64,000 bases of DNA from Proteromonas lacertae (GCA_002245135.1 NGBS01000873.1:124001-188000), one strand, 5' to 3'; numbered from the stretch's first letter, positions 26,678 through 41,564 are shown. Notes: generated by a model not told the origin, from the letters alone. Made by a program: numbers and translations.

Positions 26678-29600
26678 TTAGATTACTAACTTAATATTTA
26701 ATTTATATTTCGATTGAAATTCAAATAAATGTCTATACAAAGAAGACTTTCCACATTCATCAATCATATTATCTATTACATTAAAAAAATATGAAATACT
26801 ATTTATATATAATGTTTGTAAATGAGTTAATAAAGACAGTTTATTATATAATGACTGCAAAGAACTATTTGTTATTCTATTCTCTGAAATATCTAATAAC
26901 CTCACTCCTTTAATTGAATCAATGTTATTCATTAAATCCTCAAAATACTTATCACTTATATTTAAAGCTGTTATATAAATATAATAATCATAAGAGAGAT
27001 ATACACTTCAATTTCATCATATAACACTCTTCTGAATTCTTGAAGATATTCGATTCAAATACACTTTTAAATTCTATATTCTTATATATTAAATCATTGA
27101 GATATTGAATCTCATATTTATCACAAAACGAATAACAATTCCACATCTTATGAAGAAGAAATAAACACTGTTTCAATTCTCCTGATTCATTATATACATC
27201 ACATAACATTTTCAGTAATTCTACGTTGTACAATAATAATATAAATACTTCGATTATATCTAAACAGATAATGCCTATTTTTGAAGTAATACACGTTATT
27301 ATTTAAGAGTATGTTAAGAGGAATTGTTTTTTCTATTCTATCATTAAATCTACTATCTACATCCATTTCTATATAGATTAAAAAAGCAATTAATAATATA
27401 CTGTTTAATGAATCACATAAATTATCACAACTAATTCTCTTGAATGGATTTATTTGTGTTAAACTATTGAATAAAAACTGATAATTTGTATTTTTAATAT
27501 CAATATTTAATTCATCTTTATCTGAATAAAGATTCTTTATTCTATATTTTTCAATCCCATCATTCAAACTTTTTCCATTCAATATAAAATACATTATGCA
27601 ACCAACACTAAACATATCCGATGTTTTGTTTATTTCTTTCTTTAATATCACTTCTGGAGGCAAATAACTGTAAGTTGTTAAAGGCAATAGTATATCAGAT
27701 CTTAAGTTATATAAACAATAATCATCAATAAACAGATTAAAATCTTTGTCAAATAGGATATTAGTAGGTGATAGACTACCATGAATTAAGTTAACTGAAT
27801 TTAGACCTTTAATTGCTAAGCAAATATCTATCAAAATTTTGTTTATATTTATTATTATTTCTTCTCTATCTTTCAGCATTTCAAGAGAGTATGATAATTT
27901 TGGTTCACTAATTTCAACGGATAATTGACTAAATCTAAATGATATTATTGGTAATAAAAAACTGAATTTCATTATATTAATAATATGAGCAGATTCTTCA
28001 TAATGTTTCTTAATAGAAGTAAAAGATGGATTTATAACTTTGATCTTCTCTTGTGTTGATGTTTCTTCTTTTATAATATTACCAGTAGAATTATTTGGTA
28101 TTACTATATAAGCTGCTTTTGATGAATATTTTCTACATTTTGGATAGTGTTCTCTATAATATTATAAATCAATATATATACTTTATGAAATCTTTACACA
28201 ATCTTATTAACGAAACATCATCACTATTATTCAATACATATTCTATTTGTTCAATACAACTTTTATCAATAAACATTTGAAAATATTTATGTGAATCAAT
28301 TGAATTGTTTATTTCTTGAGCTTCTGAATTCTATTAAATTACATACCTATAAACATTTTAATACTCCTAATATATCATCATAAATATAGATTGAACTTTC
28401 AACAATATTATTATAGTCAATCATTCTGATAGTATAATTCACTAAATCAAATATTCCTAGATGAATCATTTCATTAACAGTATTTATATCTCCTTTATTT
28501 ATAATACTTTGAAATATGGAGATGATATAACCAATTTTTGTTACTATATCATCTTTGCTATCTTCAACACTGATCATATACTTGAATATATTAATTATTA
28601 ATGATAACAAACCAGAATTATATATCTTTTTGTAACTTTTATTTGAACCAATTGAAACAATATTCTTTACAATCGTCAAAACTCTTGAAATTACATCATT
28701 TTCATCATAACCTTCATTTATTTTGTACTGTCTAAATGCTACAACCAAAACTCTGTATATCTCGATTAACAATCCTTTATTAATAAGTGTAATTCCATAA
28801 TTATCAGAATTAATAGAAGAAAAGCCAACAAAAGTGTATATTATATATTCTATTAAAGAAGTAATTTCATTCTTTCTATTTTCATTTGACAATAGTTGTA
28901 TAAGTTTATTACTTGTACTTGAACACATTAATTTCACAAATTCTTCATCATTACTTCTACTAAGCTCACTAAAACTACACACACAAGTAAATATAATGCT
29001 TGTAGAAGATGAATTAATGAATATTTCTAACATAGTTGAAAAGAGTAAATAAACATGATTTGGGGATGGAAGTGTTTCATTAGAATGACAAAATAAATAT
29101 AAACTTGAAGTATAATCTTCTAGAATTGATTCACAAAAATCATTCTATTTAATTATAAAATTATAGTTAATTTATATACATTTTCTATTTTTCCTATAAT
29201 TATTGGTAAAATATCTTGATTAAGTATCGAATCTCTAACTATATCTGATATTCTACTCAAATTTCCAAGTGTTAACGAAGAAAATTCAATAATTTTATTA
29301 TCTTCACTGTCATGCATCACTTGACAAATAATATTAACCCCATTTGCTGCAACTATACTCTGCATTTGAAATTATTAAGGTAATAATAATAAAAATAAGT
29401 ATAAAAATAGGATATTTGATCTTCATTCCCAGTGGACAAATGTAGTATGATATAAATACTAAATTGTTGTATATTAGTATTACTGTTTTGTAAAAAAGAT
29501 AATAATGTGGTTACAAGACCATTGTCAATTATATCTTGAATTGTATATGATTTGCTTTGATACATATTGTTTAATGCATCTAAAGCTTCTATTACGATGG

Positions 29601-29681
29601 AATCATCACCAGATTGTAGACCATTTATAACATCAGTGAGCTAAAAAAGTAAAATCTTAGTTATACAGTTCTATATCTCAT
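26678..29681 (-). CDS. Importin-alpha-like ARM repeats + pseudokinase + C-terminal LRR protein
   Basis: IQDIIDNGLVTTLLSFL…LSTGNEDQ…LTLGNL…VRDSIL (ARM); IHGSLSPTNIL, DDY, YLPPE and SDMFSVGCI (kinase-like); LLDISENRITN (LRR). The reading frame continues across short introns. Confidence 0.7.
29366..29415 (-). other. U12-type intron (AT-AA, alternatively AT-AG ending at 29360)
   Basis: 5' ATATCCTA, branch site CCTTAAT, 3' TTCAA; removal joins GNEDQ to MQSIVAANG in frame. Confidence 0.7.
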
Positions 29682-29803
29682 AAATCGAAAAAATAAAAAA
29701 AAGAAACACTTTTGGCTTTTTTTCGGATAACCATAAACCTCCCACTATTTTAAAATCTAAAATGATTACTATTCTATTAATTAATTGTATTTATTTTATA
29801 TTA

Positions 29804-31509
29804 TTAAATTAAAGAGTGATGGCCTGTACCATCCTGCTTGCATAAAGGACATTTTCTATTATATACCAACCAACTGTCGATACATTCACTATGAAATATG
29901 TGATTACAACATAATATCTTTATTTTCTCACCTTCTTCAAAATTATTCAGGCAAATTGAACAAGTATCATAATTTACAAAATCACACGAATTATACACTG
30001 TTTCTGGTAATAACATAATTTCTTTATAATCAGCAGCTATAATAGGCTCACGAGGTATCAATGGAATTTGCTATAATCAAGAATAATACAAATGTATATA
30101 CAAATCTTCTTCTTCTTCTTATTTCTCTTACAAATACAAAGATAAAATAGATACAAACTATAAGAATAGTAACTGTTAATATTGCTAATAAATATAAATA
30201 TAATATTAATATAGAAAATTATACCAGAAAAATACAAAGTAGCTTTAAGAAATGATGGGTATGGTTTTGGATCATTTTCGGAGAGTGTTAAATGGATTGT
30301 AGTTAAATTCAGCGCTTTAATTGATAAATCAACATCATAATAACCACCACCAATTACATACAGAGTGAAAAATAATATTAAATGAAAAAAACACTTATAG
30401 CAAAAGAAATTAAAAAAAAAAATGATATAATGATGTTCTATCATCAATAACCATTGAGTAACCAGCTCTAGGATAGTTCAAATCTTTAATCTAAATAAAT
30501 ACATAGATAGATAATATATATACTTTATTCCATATCAATATTTTCTCAGTTATATTCAACACCAATGTAATTCCACTAACACTTTCACCTAAACCATAAG
30601 GATATAATCCTCCATGTAATATAAATAAATCTTTATAAAATACAGCACTATGTAAATATCTACAATAATGGCCATTTTTTGGGTATAACTCATACCATTC
30701 ATTCTTTTCTACTATATAATACCATATATCACATAATATTTCATTCTTTTCATAGGATAATCCACCATGTATGAAAAAATAATGTAAAGTTGTTGTATTC
30801 TTTTTATTATCAATAAATTCATACATTGCAGCTAATAAATATTAATATATAATATATATATACATGCAAAATAATATCTTTGTTTAGGATATTTCTTAGT
30901 ATTTATTGTCTTCCATATTCTTGAGGTTAAATTATAAATTGTTATATTATTGTCTATTTTTCTAGTATTTCCTCCCCATATGTATAATAAATCATTTATT
31001 GCGAAACTGCTATGACCAAATCTTGATATAAACTGCTGTGGACACTATATATTACAAATATATCGATAATTATACACTTCTGTGATAAGATCTTCTTATT
31101 TTACTAGGAACAAATCTATAAATCTCTTTAGTAGTGAGTCCTTTTGAATCAATACCTCCAAGTACAACTAATTCACCTTTTCTACTACCTTCTGTAATAA
31201 TCGACTAAATATTAACATAATATAATTTTTAAATACCATTGAATGATCAGATAATTCAGAGTCTGTAAGAATAACAGAAAAATTCATCTCTTTTGTGATT
31301 GGTGTATCTGTTAAATTGACAACTGTTAGGTGTGCTTCATATCTTTTTTCTCTAGTCATTGAAGCAACTCCACCATAGGAATAAAGAATTGAATCCAAAA
31401 TCACACTTTTATGAGAAACAATTTTAGATAAAGATTTGGATGTCTCTAATATAGGAATCCAATCTGATGAGGAACAAAATTGAAGGAAGATTAGAAAAAT
31501 AAACACCAT
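29804..31509 (-). CDS. Signal peptide + kelch repeats + TM + RING-H2 E3 ligase
   Basis: MVFIFLIFLQFCSSS signal; repeated H.S….LY..GG kelch motifs; TM followed by RRRRR; CSICLNNF…CNHIFHSECIDSWL…CPLC. Confidence 0.8.
30365..30428 (-). other. Probable U12-type AT-AC intron (64 nt)
   Basis: 5' ATATCATTTTT, putative branch CATTTAAT, 3' TTTTCAC; removal restores the kelch motif RAGYSMVIDDRTSFLYVIGG. Confidence 0.7.
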
Positions 31510-31597
31510 TTTCTTAAAAGAAAACGGATTGATTTTTAAAATTCTTACTAAAAAAAGATTCGTTTCATTCAATTTTAAACTGAATCATGATAATTCG

Positions 31598-32990
31598 ATG
31601 AGCAAATATCAGGAAATTACTAATCTATACAATCAAATTGGTCTTTCATCAACACCTACAAATTTAATAAAACCAGAAGAACCTCCTTTCTCATCTGATG
31701 ACTCATTAAATTCTACAAAATATGTATATCCAATAAATGAGATAAAATAGAATAAAAATAAACGACCACCAACTTCAAATTTAAATGAGCCAGTATATTT
31801 TTCTTTAATTTGTGATATTAGAAACCCAAGAAAAAACGGTTTATGTGGGATGAATTGCTTCATAAAAAGTTCTTAGCAAGTATTTTTGATTTTGGACTTA
31901 AAAGTAATTGTTTTTTTTCTAATCCTTCTAGCCATTTCCCCAAAGTGGATTCTTCAATCTTTAAATGTTTTTCCAGCTGAACTAACTTCAGAAAATATAA
32001 AAAGCCATCTACAAGTAAGATATATTATATATATATATATATTTAATTAGAAATATCGTCTCAATTCACAGAAGAGTAGAGATTCCTTTATAAATTGTTA
32101 TAATGAGACGATCAAAAATTTAGATAGCCAACCACACGTATACAATTAATAAATAAAATAAAAATAGAATTACTATCAAGCTCCTTCAACAAAATTTAAT
32201 CTCTATCCAATCTCACTTCCAGATCCATCAAACCCAATGTCTGATATAAATACAAACATTTCTACAACAACAACAACAACAGATACATTTAATCCATTTA
32301 GAGGTGATGGTGATGATGATAATGATGAGAATAATAGTAATGACAATATAAATAATAATAATAATCATTCAAATGAGAGTATTTCATATCAACAATGTTT
32401 GAATAACTTTCTAAAACAAAAAGTATTGAAATATTCATTATTATTTATAGGAATTATATGATGAAGCAATGAAACAATTACTCTCATCATATCAATCATT
32501 AGTAAACATCAATAATAATAATAATAATAATAATATTCCTCAATCACCTCCTTTATTACCATCATCTACATCAATGATATCAAATTCATTGAGTTATGAA
32601 ATACAACAACAACAACAACTTCCACCACCACCGCCACTACTACTACCTACATCATCATCATTATCAACACAACAACAACAACAATTTCAACTGCAGAATA
32701 ATAACAATCAAAGTGAAGATATAAAACAGAATTCATTTTTTACACTTCCTTGTATATATATATATTAATTTAATTGAATAGCTCCTTTAGATAATTCATT
32801 TTCGTTGTATGGAGGTGAAGGTAATATACAAACAAATGAAATTGTTCCAATGATGAAGCAGATTGAAATGCATAAACAGATTAAGACTCAGCATGATATG
32901 AGGTTTGTTGCTAATATGCAACAAAGTGGAGATATATCTCCTTCGATTAGTACAAGTGGTAAAGATGATACTTTTGATTTTTTGAATTAA
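31598..32990 (+). CDS. GARP/SHAQKYF-class Myb-like transcription factor
   Basis: Spliced KPKKKRFMWDELLHKKFLASIFDFGLK.ISPKWILQSL…LTSENIKSHLQKYRL, followed by a Q/N/P-rich tail. Confidence 0.85.
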
Positions 32991-33104
32991 TTTATAAATT
33001 ATTGTGTATTTATATTATTACATAAGTATTATCTATGATTGTGTATTTATACTGTTCTTTTAACACTAAATAAACTTCATAAATTAACAAAAATATTAAA
33101 TTAT

Positions 33105-33637
33105 CTATTGTTTATCACTATTATTATCATTATTCCATCCCCATTCAACAGGATTTTGATTATTAAATGCTGATTTTGGAGCTGGTATCATTGAAGGAGG
33201 TAGAGATTGAACTTTTACTGGTTCTCTTAGTTCTGGTGGTAAATTACCCAATGCAGCAGATTGTTTCACTTCTACAGGAGTCCATTTCTCAAAGTTAGTT
33301 GCTGAATAGTTGTCTCTGAAGATTCCAGGAGGTATTACTCTTGTTGCACTGTCTTGATCTTGAAATGAACTATGAGCATATGGACACGAATTTCCAAGAG
33401 AACAATTACCTGTAACTTTCCAGTTTACACATTCTGGTATAGAACGTTCTAATGCTAATTCTTGTGGGTCTAATCAATATATGCGTGTTTTTATATTATT
33501 ATAATACTCCTAACAGAATCATACCACATCTTCACATTCATTTTATGTTTATAAGAATTAAAATGTTGTGCTCTAATCTCAGCACTATCGTTGAACGTCC
33601 TTCTACAATATTCACATGTGTATTTAGGAAGTGGCAT
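33105..33637 (-). CDS. ZMAT5: ZMAT5-like, U11/U12 snRNP 20 kDa protein
   Basis: U1C-type finger KYTCEYCRRTFND…RAQHFNSYKHKMNVKMWY, CCCH finger CVNWKVTGNCSLGNSCPYAH, and C-terminal LPPELR…LPPSMIPAP…VEWG. Confidence 0.8.
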
Positions 33638-33698
33638 TAGGAGAAAAAAAGAAAAATCACTCTCAAACGAAATCAAGCTTTTCAATACTCTTTTTTTA

Positions 33699-34465
33699 AT
33701 GTTTACAGGAATTGTTGAAGAAATTGGCACAATTATATCTGCAGAGATGAAGAACAACATTAAATTATGGGATGATACTATTGGTAATGGATTTATTCTT
33801 GTAATTAAGTGTGTTGAAGCTCTGAAGGAATGTTACATTGGATGTAGTATTGCAGTGAATGGAACATGTTTGACAGTAATAGAATATGACAGTGAAACAT
33901 TTACTGTTAATTGTGCTCCAGAAACGTATAATATGTTTAATATACTCAATTTAGATTGAGATGTACAAATTTAGAATTGTTAAAAGCAGGTGATAAAGTA
34001 AATTTAGAAAGAGCATTGAAAGAAGGAGGTAGAAATTCCGGTCACATTGTCCAAGGTCATGTTGATTGTACTGGCGTATTAGATGATAAGCATATTGAAG
34101 GAGATTCACTTTGGATAAGAATAAAATGTGATAATGAAACTGTAATGAGACAAATTGTTCCAAAAGGGTTTGTTTCGTTGGATGGAACGAGTTTGACAGT
34201 ATGTGAAGTGACTAAAAACACATTTACTGTTATGCTTATATCACATACTCAACAACATATTATAATTCCTCAAAAAAGTATAGGTGATAAGATAAATATA
34301 GAAGTATAAATGATATGAATATATTTATTTTAGACTGATATAACTGGAAAATACATTTATAAGTACATTAATAATATCTATGACACTATTAATTCAATGA
34401 ATAAAAGAATTAATGAAAGACTTGATAAAATTGAGATGAGAATATCTCAATTGGAGAATAAATAG
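33699..34465 (+). CDS. RIB5: Riboflavin synthase (alpha chain)
   Basis: MFTGIVEEIG, SIAVNGTCLTV, VNLERA, GHIVQGHVD, KGFVSLDGTSLTV and INIE|TD; two short introns. Confidence 0.95.
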
Positions 34466-34633
34466 TGATTTTAAAGTTTGTTATGGTGTGTATATATGTG
34501 TCTGTTGTTGTTAAAAACATAAATTACATAATTGACAATAATACATGTCATTGTAATGTAATATTTATTTTTTGAATTATTTTTAAGACTATAAGATTTA
34601 TATACTTTCTTTAAATACTATCAAGCTATATAA

Positions 34634-36863
34634 ATGGCGCATTTACTAGGGGAACTAGAAAATCTGATTAATGAGAATAGTAATTTAAAAGAGAAGTACA
34701 ATCAATTGTTTGCAGATTATCAATACAATATTTCATTGTTTAAGGAAAGGGATGAAGAATTAAATCAGATGGATAAGCAATTAAGAGAATTTCAAAGAGT
34801 ATATTCACTTTGTGTAACAATTATAGCATTTTGGAGATATGGAAAATGTCATAGACAAACAAAATATAGAAATACAAAAATTAAATGACTTAAGAAAAGA
34901 AGATCATGAATCATTTAATTCTGTAGAAGGACAATATCAAGAACACATACAAAAATTGACATTAGATATAAATAAACTACAAGAGAATATGAAAGAGGAC
35001 AAGAACGAATATACAAAAGAAATGAAGAATTTGGTATGATATTCACTTTAAGTTAAATAATAGAAAATAAAACACACTAAAGAGGTAGAAAACCTTAAAC
35101 AGAAGTACCAGGCAAAAATAAAAGATATAGATTTAGAGAATAAGAGTAGAATCAATGAACTTAAAAACTGAATATAAAACAGTATGAGATGGAGAATAAA
35201 GCAATACAAAAACAATCAAATTTGTATATATACTATATCATATTTAATTGATTATTATAATATAGAAATGAAGATAAATGTTATCAATTTCAAGAACAAA
35301 TAATGACATTAGAAAATATAAATCAGGATCATATTCATAAGTTAGAAGAAAAGAAAATTAAAATAAAAAAATTAGAAGAAGTTGAAGATAAATATAATGA
35401 ATTAGTTACAGATTACAATTCTTTAAAATCAACCAATGAACAAATGACAAATGATATAAATGAATATATAAATAAATTAAATGAAAATGAACATATTATA
35501 TCTAAATATGAACAAGATAATTCTACACTACATAGTTTAATAAAAGAGTATAAATGTTTATATAACATATTTTTATATTTATAGAGGTGATGATAAAATA
35601 AATTCATTTTCTTCTGAAAATGTAAAATTACAAGGAATAATCGAAGAGTTGCAAGTAAATTTAGCAGACTACAGTCAGAAATATAATGAAATAAACCATA
35701 AATATATTCAACTAGAATCTCAATATGATAGATTAGATAATGAGAATAAGAATATAAATGGAGTTATTTTGAATAACAAAAACGAATTATATGAAAGAGA
35801 TAAAAAGATGATTAGTCTTTCAGATGAATATAAAACTCTTCAACAACAATATAATGAATTGAAAGAGAAATATAATAAAGATATATCAACCTATAGAAAT
35901 GAATATAATGATCAACTGGAATTAATGAGTAGTAAATATGAAAATGATGTAAGTGAAAAGGAGAGAATTATCAATGAATTAAATCAACAAATACAACAAT
36001 TACAACAACAAAATCAACAACAATATAATCAATCACCACCACCACCACCTCCTCCTCCTCCAATGATTATTACTAATAATTTGCCTGATCCAGATGAACC
36101 ATCGTTATCAACAAATGATTCATTAAAAGAATTTGCTTCAATTTTAGCGATGACACCAAATACAAAGAAATTATTAGCTGATGTAAAAACACCTCAAAGT
36201 AAAAGCAATAATAATAATAATAATATATATATATATGAACCACATAATCCATCTCCTTTAAAACAACAAATAAAATATAATAATAATGACTATGAAAAAG
36301 CAGAATTGAATAATCAAATAATTGAGTTACAAGATGAAAATCAAAAACTAAAGAATCAAATATTAGTTATGACTCAAACAGTTACAGTATGAATTATATT
36401 TGAATATATTTTATTATAGGAACTTGAAAAACGAATGAAGAATAAAATTGATGTTGGGATCAACACTGATAATGAGCAATATGATGATATTCTCAATCAA
36501 AATGAAGAATTGAATAAAGAGAATGAAAAATTGAATGAAGAAGTTGAAACATTGAAAAATGATTTAGGATAAACAGAAAGATATGAATTCTCAATTAATT
36601 TCTAGAAGTACAGATAAAACTAGACAAATTAGACAATTACAAGACTTATATGATTCTATTCTAAAGAAATACAATGAATTGAAAGATAATCAACCAGTAT
36701 TGATTATTATAGTTAATATTTTTAATAGACACAATTAAAAGTCATTGGACAACAGCAATCACTATCTCCAAAACCTCCTGTCTCTTCTCCAGCAATAATA
36801 TACCCAAAAATGAAAACTAAGAAACCACAAATGAAAATTAGAAATTATAACCAAAAAGATTAA
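34634..36863 (+). CDS. CCDC57: CCDC57-like centriolar coiled-coil protein
   Basis: N-terminal LFADYQYNISLFKERDEELNQMD and C-terminal KIRNYNQKD* resemble the conserved ends of CCDC57; long coiled coil, many introns. Confidence 0.65.
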
Positions 36864-36975
36864 TAATTATTTAATATTCTATTAGTTTATATATATTTAT
36901 TATGTCTAAAACTCAGTTTTTTCAAAATACATTTACAAACCCATTTTCAAATCAAATAGACGTTTTTTATTGAAA

Positions 36976-37982
36976 ATGAACGATATATACACAAATAGAT
37001 TCCAAAGAACTGTAACAACAGAAGATCAGTTGTTTACATATGTATATCTATTGAATTAATAACAATAGGGAACTAATAAACCATGTCGTGTACCAATTAG
37101 TGAACATCACGAATACCAGACATGGGACTTTCTAAAAGAGACAGAAAATCCAGAAGAATTTCATCCTATATCATCTACAACAACAACAAAGTATTATTTA
37201 TTGTTTTTATAGAATTTTCATAGATTTCACACTGGTTTCAGAAGAAGATATCAAGAAAACATAGAGCCAGAGTATTATCAACAAAAGAAAATAAACGAAC
37301 AAATAAAAGAACAACAAACTGCTGAACATAATGTGAAAAGAGCAGAAAATTTAAATCAAATGAAAAATGTATAATATATTTGTGTTTATATAATTAATTA
37401 TAGAGACATGGATACAATATAATAACAGGAGAACCACTTCCAAACCCAAATCCTTTACCAGACAAGCCTAGAGCGCAAAGACGCCATTTAACAGGTGAAT
37501 TTTCAGATGAAATTAAAAGAGAAACTGAAATTCGTTTATTAAATTCAAAACATCGATTTCATGCAGAAACTAAAGATACTGTGAATAGTTTAGAAAGGAC
37601 GAACTTACTAGCACAGAATGGTATTCCAGATAGTCATAAATTTAGTACAATTATCGGATATGGAACGAGAAATCTACAATCTAAAGGAGTTCAAGATAAT
37701 TTCGTTGGTAATGAGTATTATAAACCTCCTGTTGGTGCTACTATTAATACATTAGCAGCAGCTGGAACTAGTGTAACACGTGTACCATCTGTACATAACA
37801 ATTACCCAAGAGATGAGAAGTTATTTACTGGAAATGCAACTGTTGAGTCCTATTTGTCACAATCTCAAGCTAGACCTCCTACTTATAAACAATCATCGAA
37901 TAGAACTTCTGCAAGAAAGAATAATGGACCACTGCCAAAGACTTTAGAAATACAATCTGTTAGGGATTTACCACCCTACTAG
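36976..37982 (+). CDS. Hypothetical protein (multi-exon)
   Basis: ATG 36976 and short GT-AG introns leading into ORF 37581-37982. Confidence 0.6.
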
Positions 37983-38140
37983 TTTAATAAGTGTCTTATT
38001 TAATTTATTTTTTATATAAAAGTGTAAATTAATGGATTGTCTGTTTTGTATATCGCAAAGAAAAAAACATAATCATTTTCATAATATTTGATAAGGCTTG
38101 ATAAGTATATTTGTATGTGTTTGAAATTTGAATATTTGTG

Positions 38141-40110
38141 ATGAATAAGAGAGTTACTTGGTATTTTATTGTTTATTATCTAAACTAATATTATAGGAAC
38201 CCTATCGAAAGATCATATTTTCCAGGAGATGACAGAATTCATTTTCAAAATCCACTGTAAACTTTATTTTAAATATTGATATGAATAGATCGGATATGGA
38301 GGAACCACATTATTTTAACAGAGGTTATACACAAAACAATGAAGGCATTAAAACGGGATTGTTTGTGTTTGGGGATAAAACAGAAGTAGATATAACAGAT
38401 TATCCTCTGTTTATAACCAAAAAGCTAAGAGAAGAACAATTAGAAGAAAGAGCAAAACAAATTTCAAAAATGTCGTATACAATAGTGGAATGTAATAGAG
38501 GAGCAGTAATATCTACAAACTTAAGAGATTCAAATAACATATTTGAAGGAGCTTTAATAGAAAACAACATAAATAATGAAGTAATTTGTGCAGAAGAGAA
38601 TGCTTTAATTCAATTGGTAGAAAGACATAATAATTTAATACAAATAGAATTGATAGTAATATATGTCGATAGTGACGAATTATACTATCCATGTGGTAAA
38701 TGTTTACAAAGAATTAGTGACTTTGTGAATAGAAACAATGATGATAAAGATTGTTATATTCTCTTAATGTGTAATAAAAATATAGAAAAATTGTATAAAT
38801 TATCAACTTTATATCCATTTAATAACACAAATACAAGTAACAGAAGAATAAATATCATAAATGAAAATAATAAAACATTAAATTATAACAATAATATACC
38901 ATTTGATGAAAATAACATAATGAGTTGGAAGAATAGTGATATATGTAATTGGTTAATTGAAATAGGATATAAAAAATATGTAAGACAATTTGAATATAGT
39001 AATATCACTGGAAAAACATTATTTATTTTACAAGAAAACGATTTAGAGAATATAGGAATCCCAGTAAATGTAATACCTAATTTAATGAGATGTATAAATA
39101 GCCTATTAAATCAAGATCTATTAAAACATGGTTTAGATGTTGATAGAATAAATGATTATATCTGTTTATTAGATGGTCAAAGAGTGAGAAGTATTTGTAG
39201 ATTAAAACGATATTTTGATAAATATGATTTAGACAGAGATGGTTGTGTAAATAGAAGTGAATTAATGTTATTATTGGAAGATTTACATGTTTATAATAAT
39301 GAAATGTTAAGAGGTTGGTTGGAAAGAAGAAGTGAAGAAGATTGTTTGCTGATATTTGAGGATTTTGTTGATGCTTATATGACTTTTATACAAAATAATA
39401 AAGAACCACATTCTCCATTATCTAGTAGAAGTCATAAAAGAATATTAAGAAAAAGAAAAGAGGATGAATATAATACAATAATGCAAAGGATGAAATGGAG
39501 AGAGTATAACTTTATATATATACATATATATTCAAATAGTTATGTAAGATATTTAGATTCAAATAGTGTTCATCGATTACAGTATTGGTTTAATAAATAC
39601 GATGATAATGGAGATGGTAGATTATCATTGAAAGAATGTATGGAATTGTTTGAAGATCAAGGATATAAATTAGATGAAGAAAGATTGAAGAATTTCTTAA
39701 TGGGAAGAGGTCATGTGACTATGGATGGATATTATGATGATAATTTGTTAAATTTTTATGATATTGCTGAAGTGGCATTAGTATTTTGCAAGAAAAGAGA
39801 AGGTGATGATAATAAAGAAAAAGAAAAGGAGAAAGAAAAAGAAAAACAGAATAATGTAAGCGAAAATAATGAATTTAATAATACTAATAAATCGTTGAGT
39901 GAATCGAAAATGGGTGATGATTTTAATGTCAGTAAACCTATTGGAAAATACCAAATAAATTATCAAATTATACTTAATCTCTATTACAATTGTTGTTTAG
40001 AGTGTTCAAAATTAATCATAATCAACCTATTTGAAATGCATACTATCATTAGTTATTTAGTTACTCCATCATTGAATTTAGTAGCACTTTATCAAAATGA
40101 AAGTGACTAA
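38141..40110 (+). CDS. Cytidine-deaminase-like + SAM + EF-hand protein
   Basis: GALIEN…ICAEENA…PCGKCLQRISDF (CDA-type zinc motif); SWKNSDICNWLIEIGYKKY…ITGKTLFILQENDLENIGI (SAM); DLDRDGCVNRSEL and DDNGDGRLSLKE (EF-hands). The C-terminal ~60 codons are doubtful. Confidence 0.75.
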
Positions 40111-40471
40111 TACTACAATATTGATTATTCATTAAATTATAATCAGTATTATACTCGCATTCACCACATTTCATGGTTATTTATAAGTAATAAGGTTTTT
40201 AAACGATAAAATATAGATTTAAACATATTTTAACCTATAATCATCATATACTACTCACATCAAAGTAGTTTTTGTTTTTATATCATCTATATTAGCACAT
40301 TTAAATCATATCATTCAATTTTTGATTTTTAAATTTTTAAACCAAAAAATTACGAAAAATCCCCACATTATTGAATCTTGATAATTCTTACCAAAGAATG
40401 TAGAAAACAAAGAATTGTTAATAAATTGTGTTAAGATCGATTGTAGAATTATTAGTTACAATACTAATTAA

Positions 40472-41564
<1,093 letters not shown>

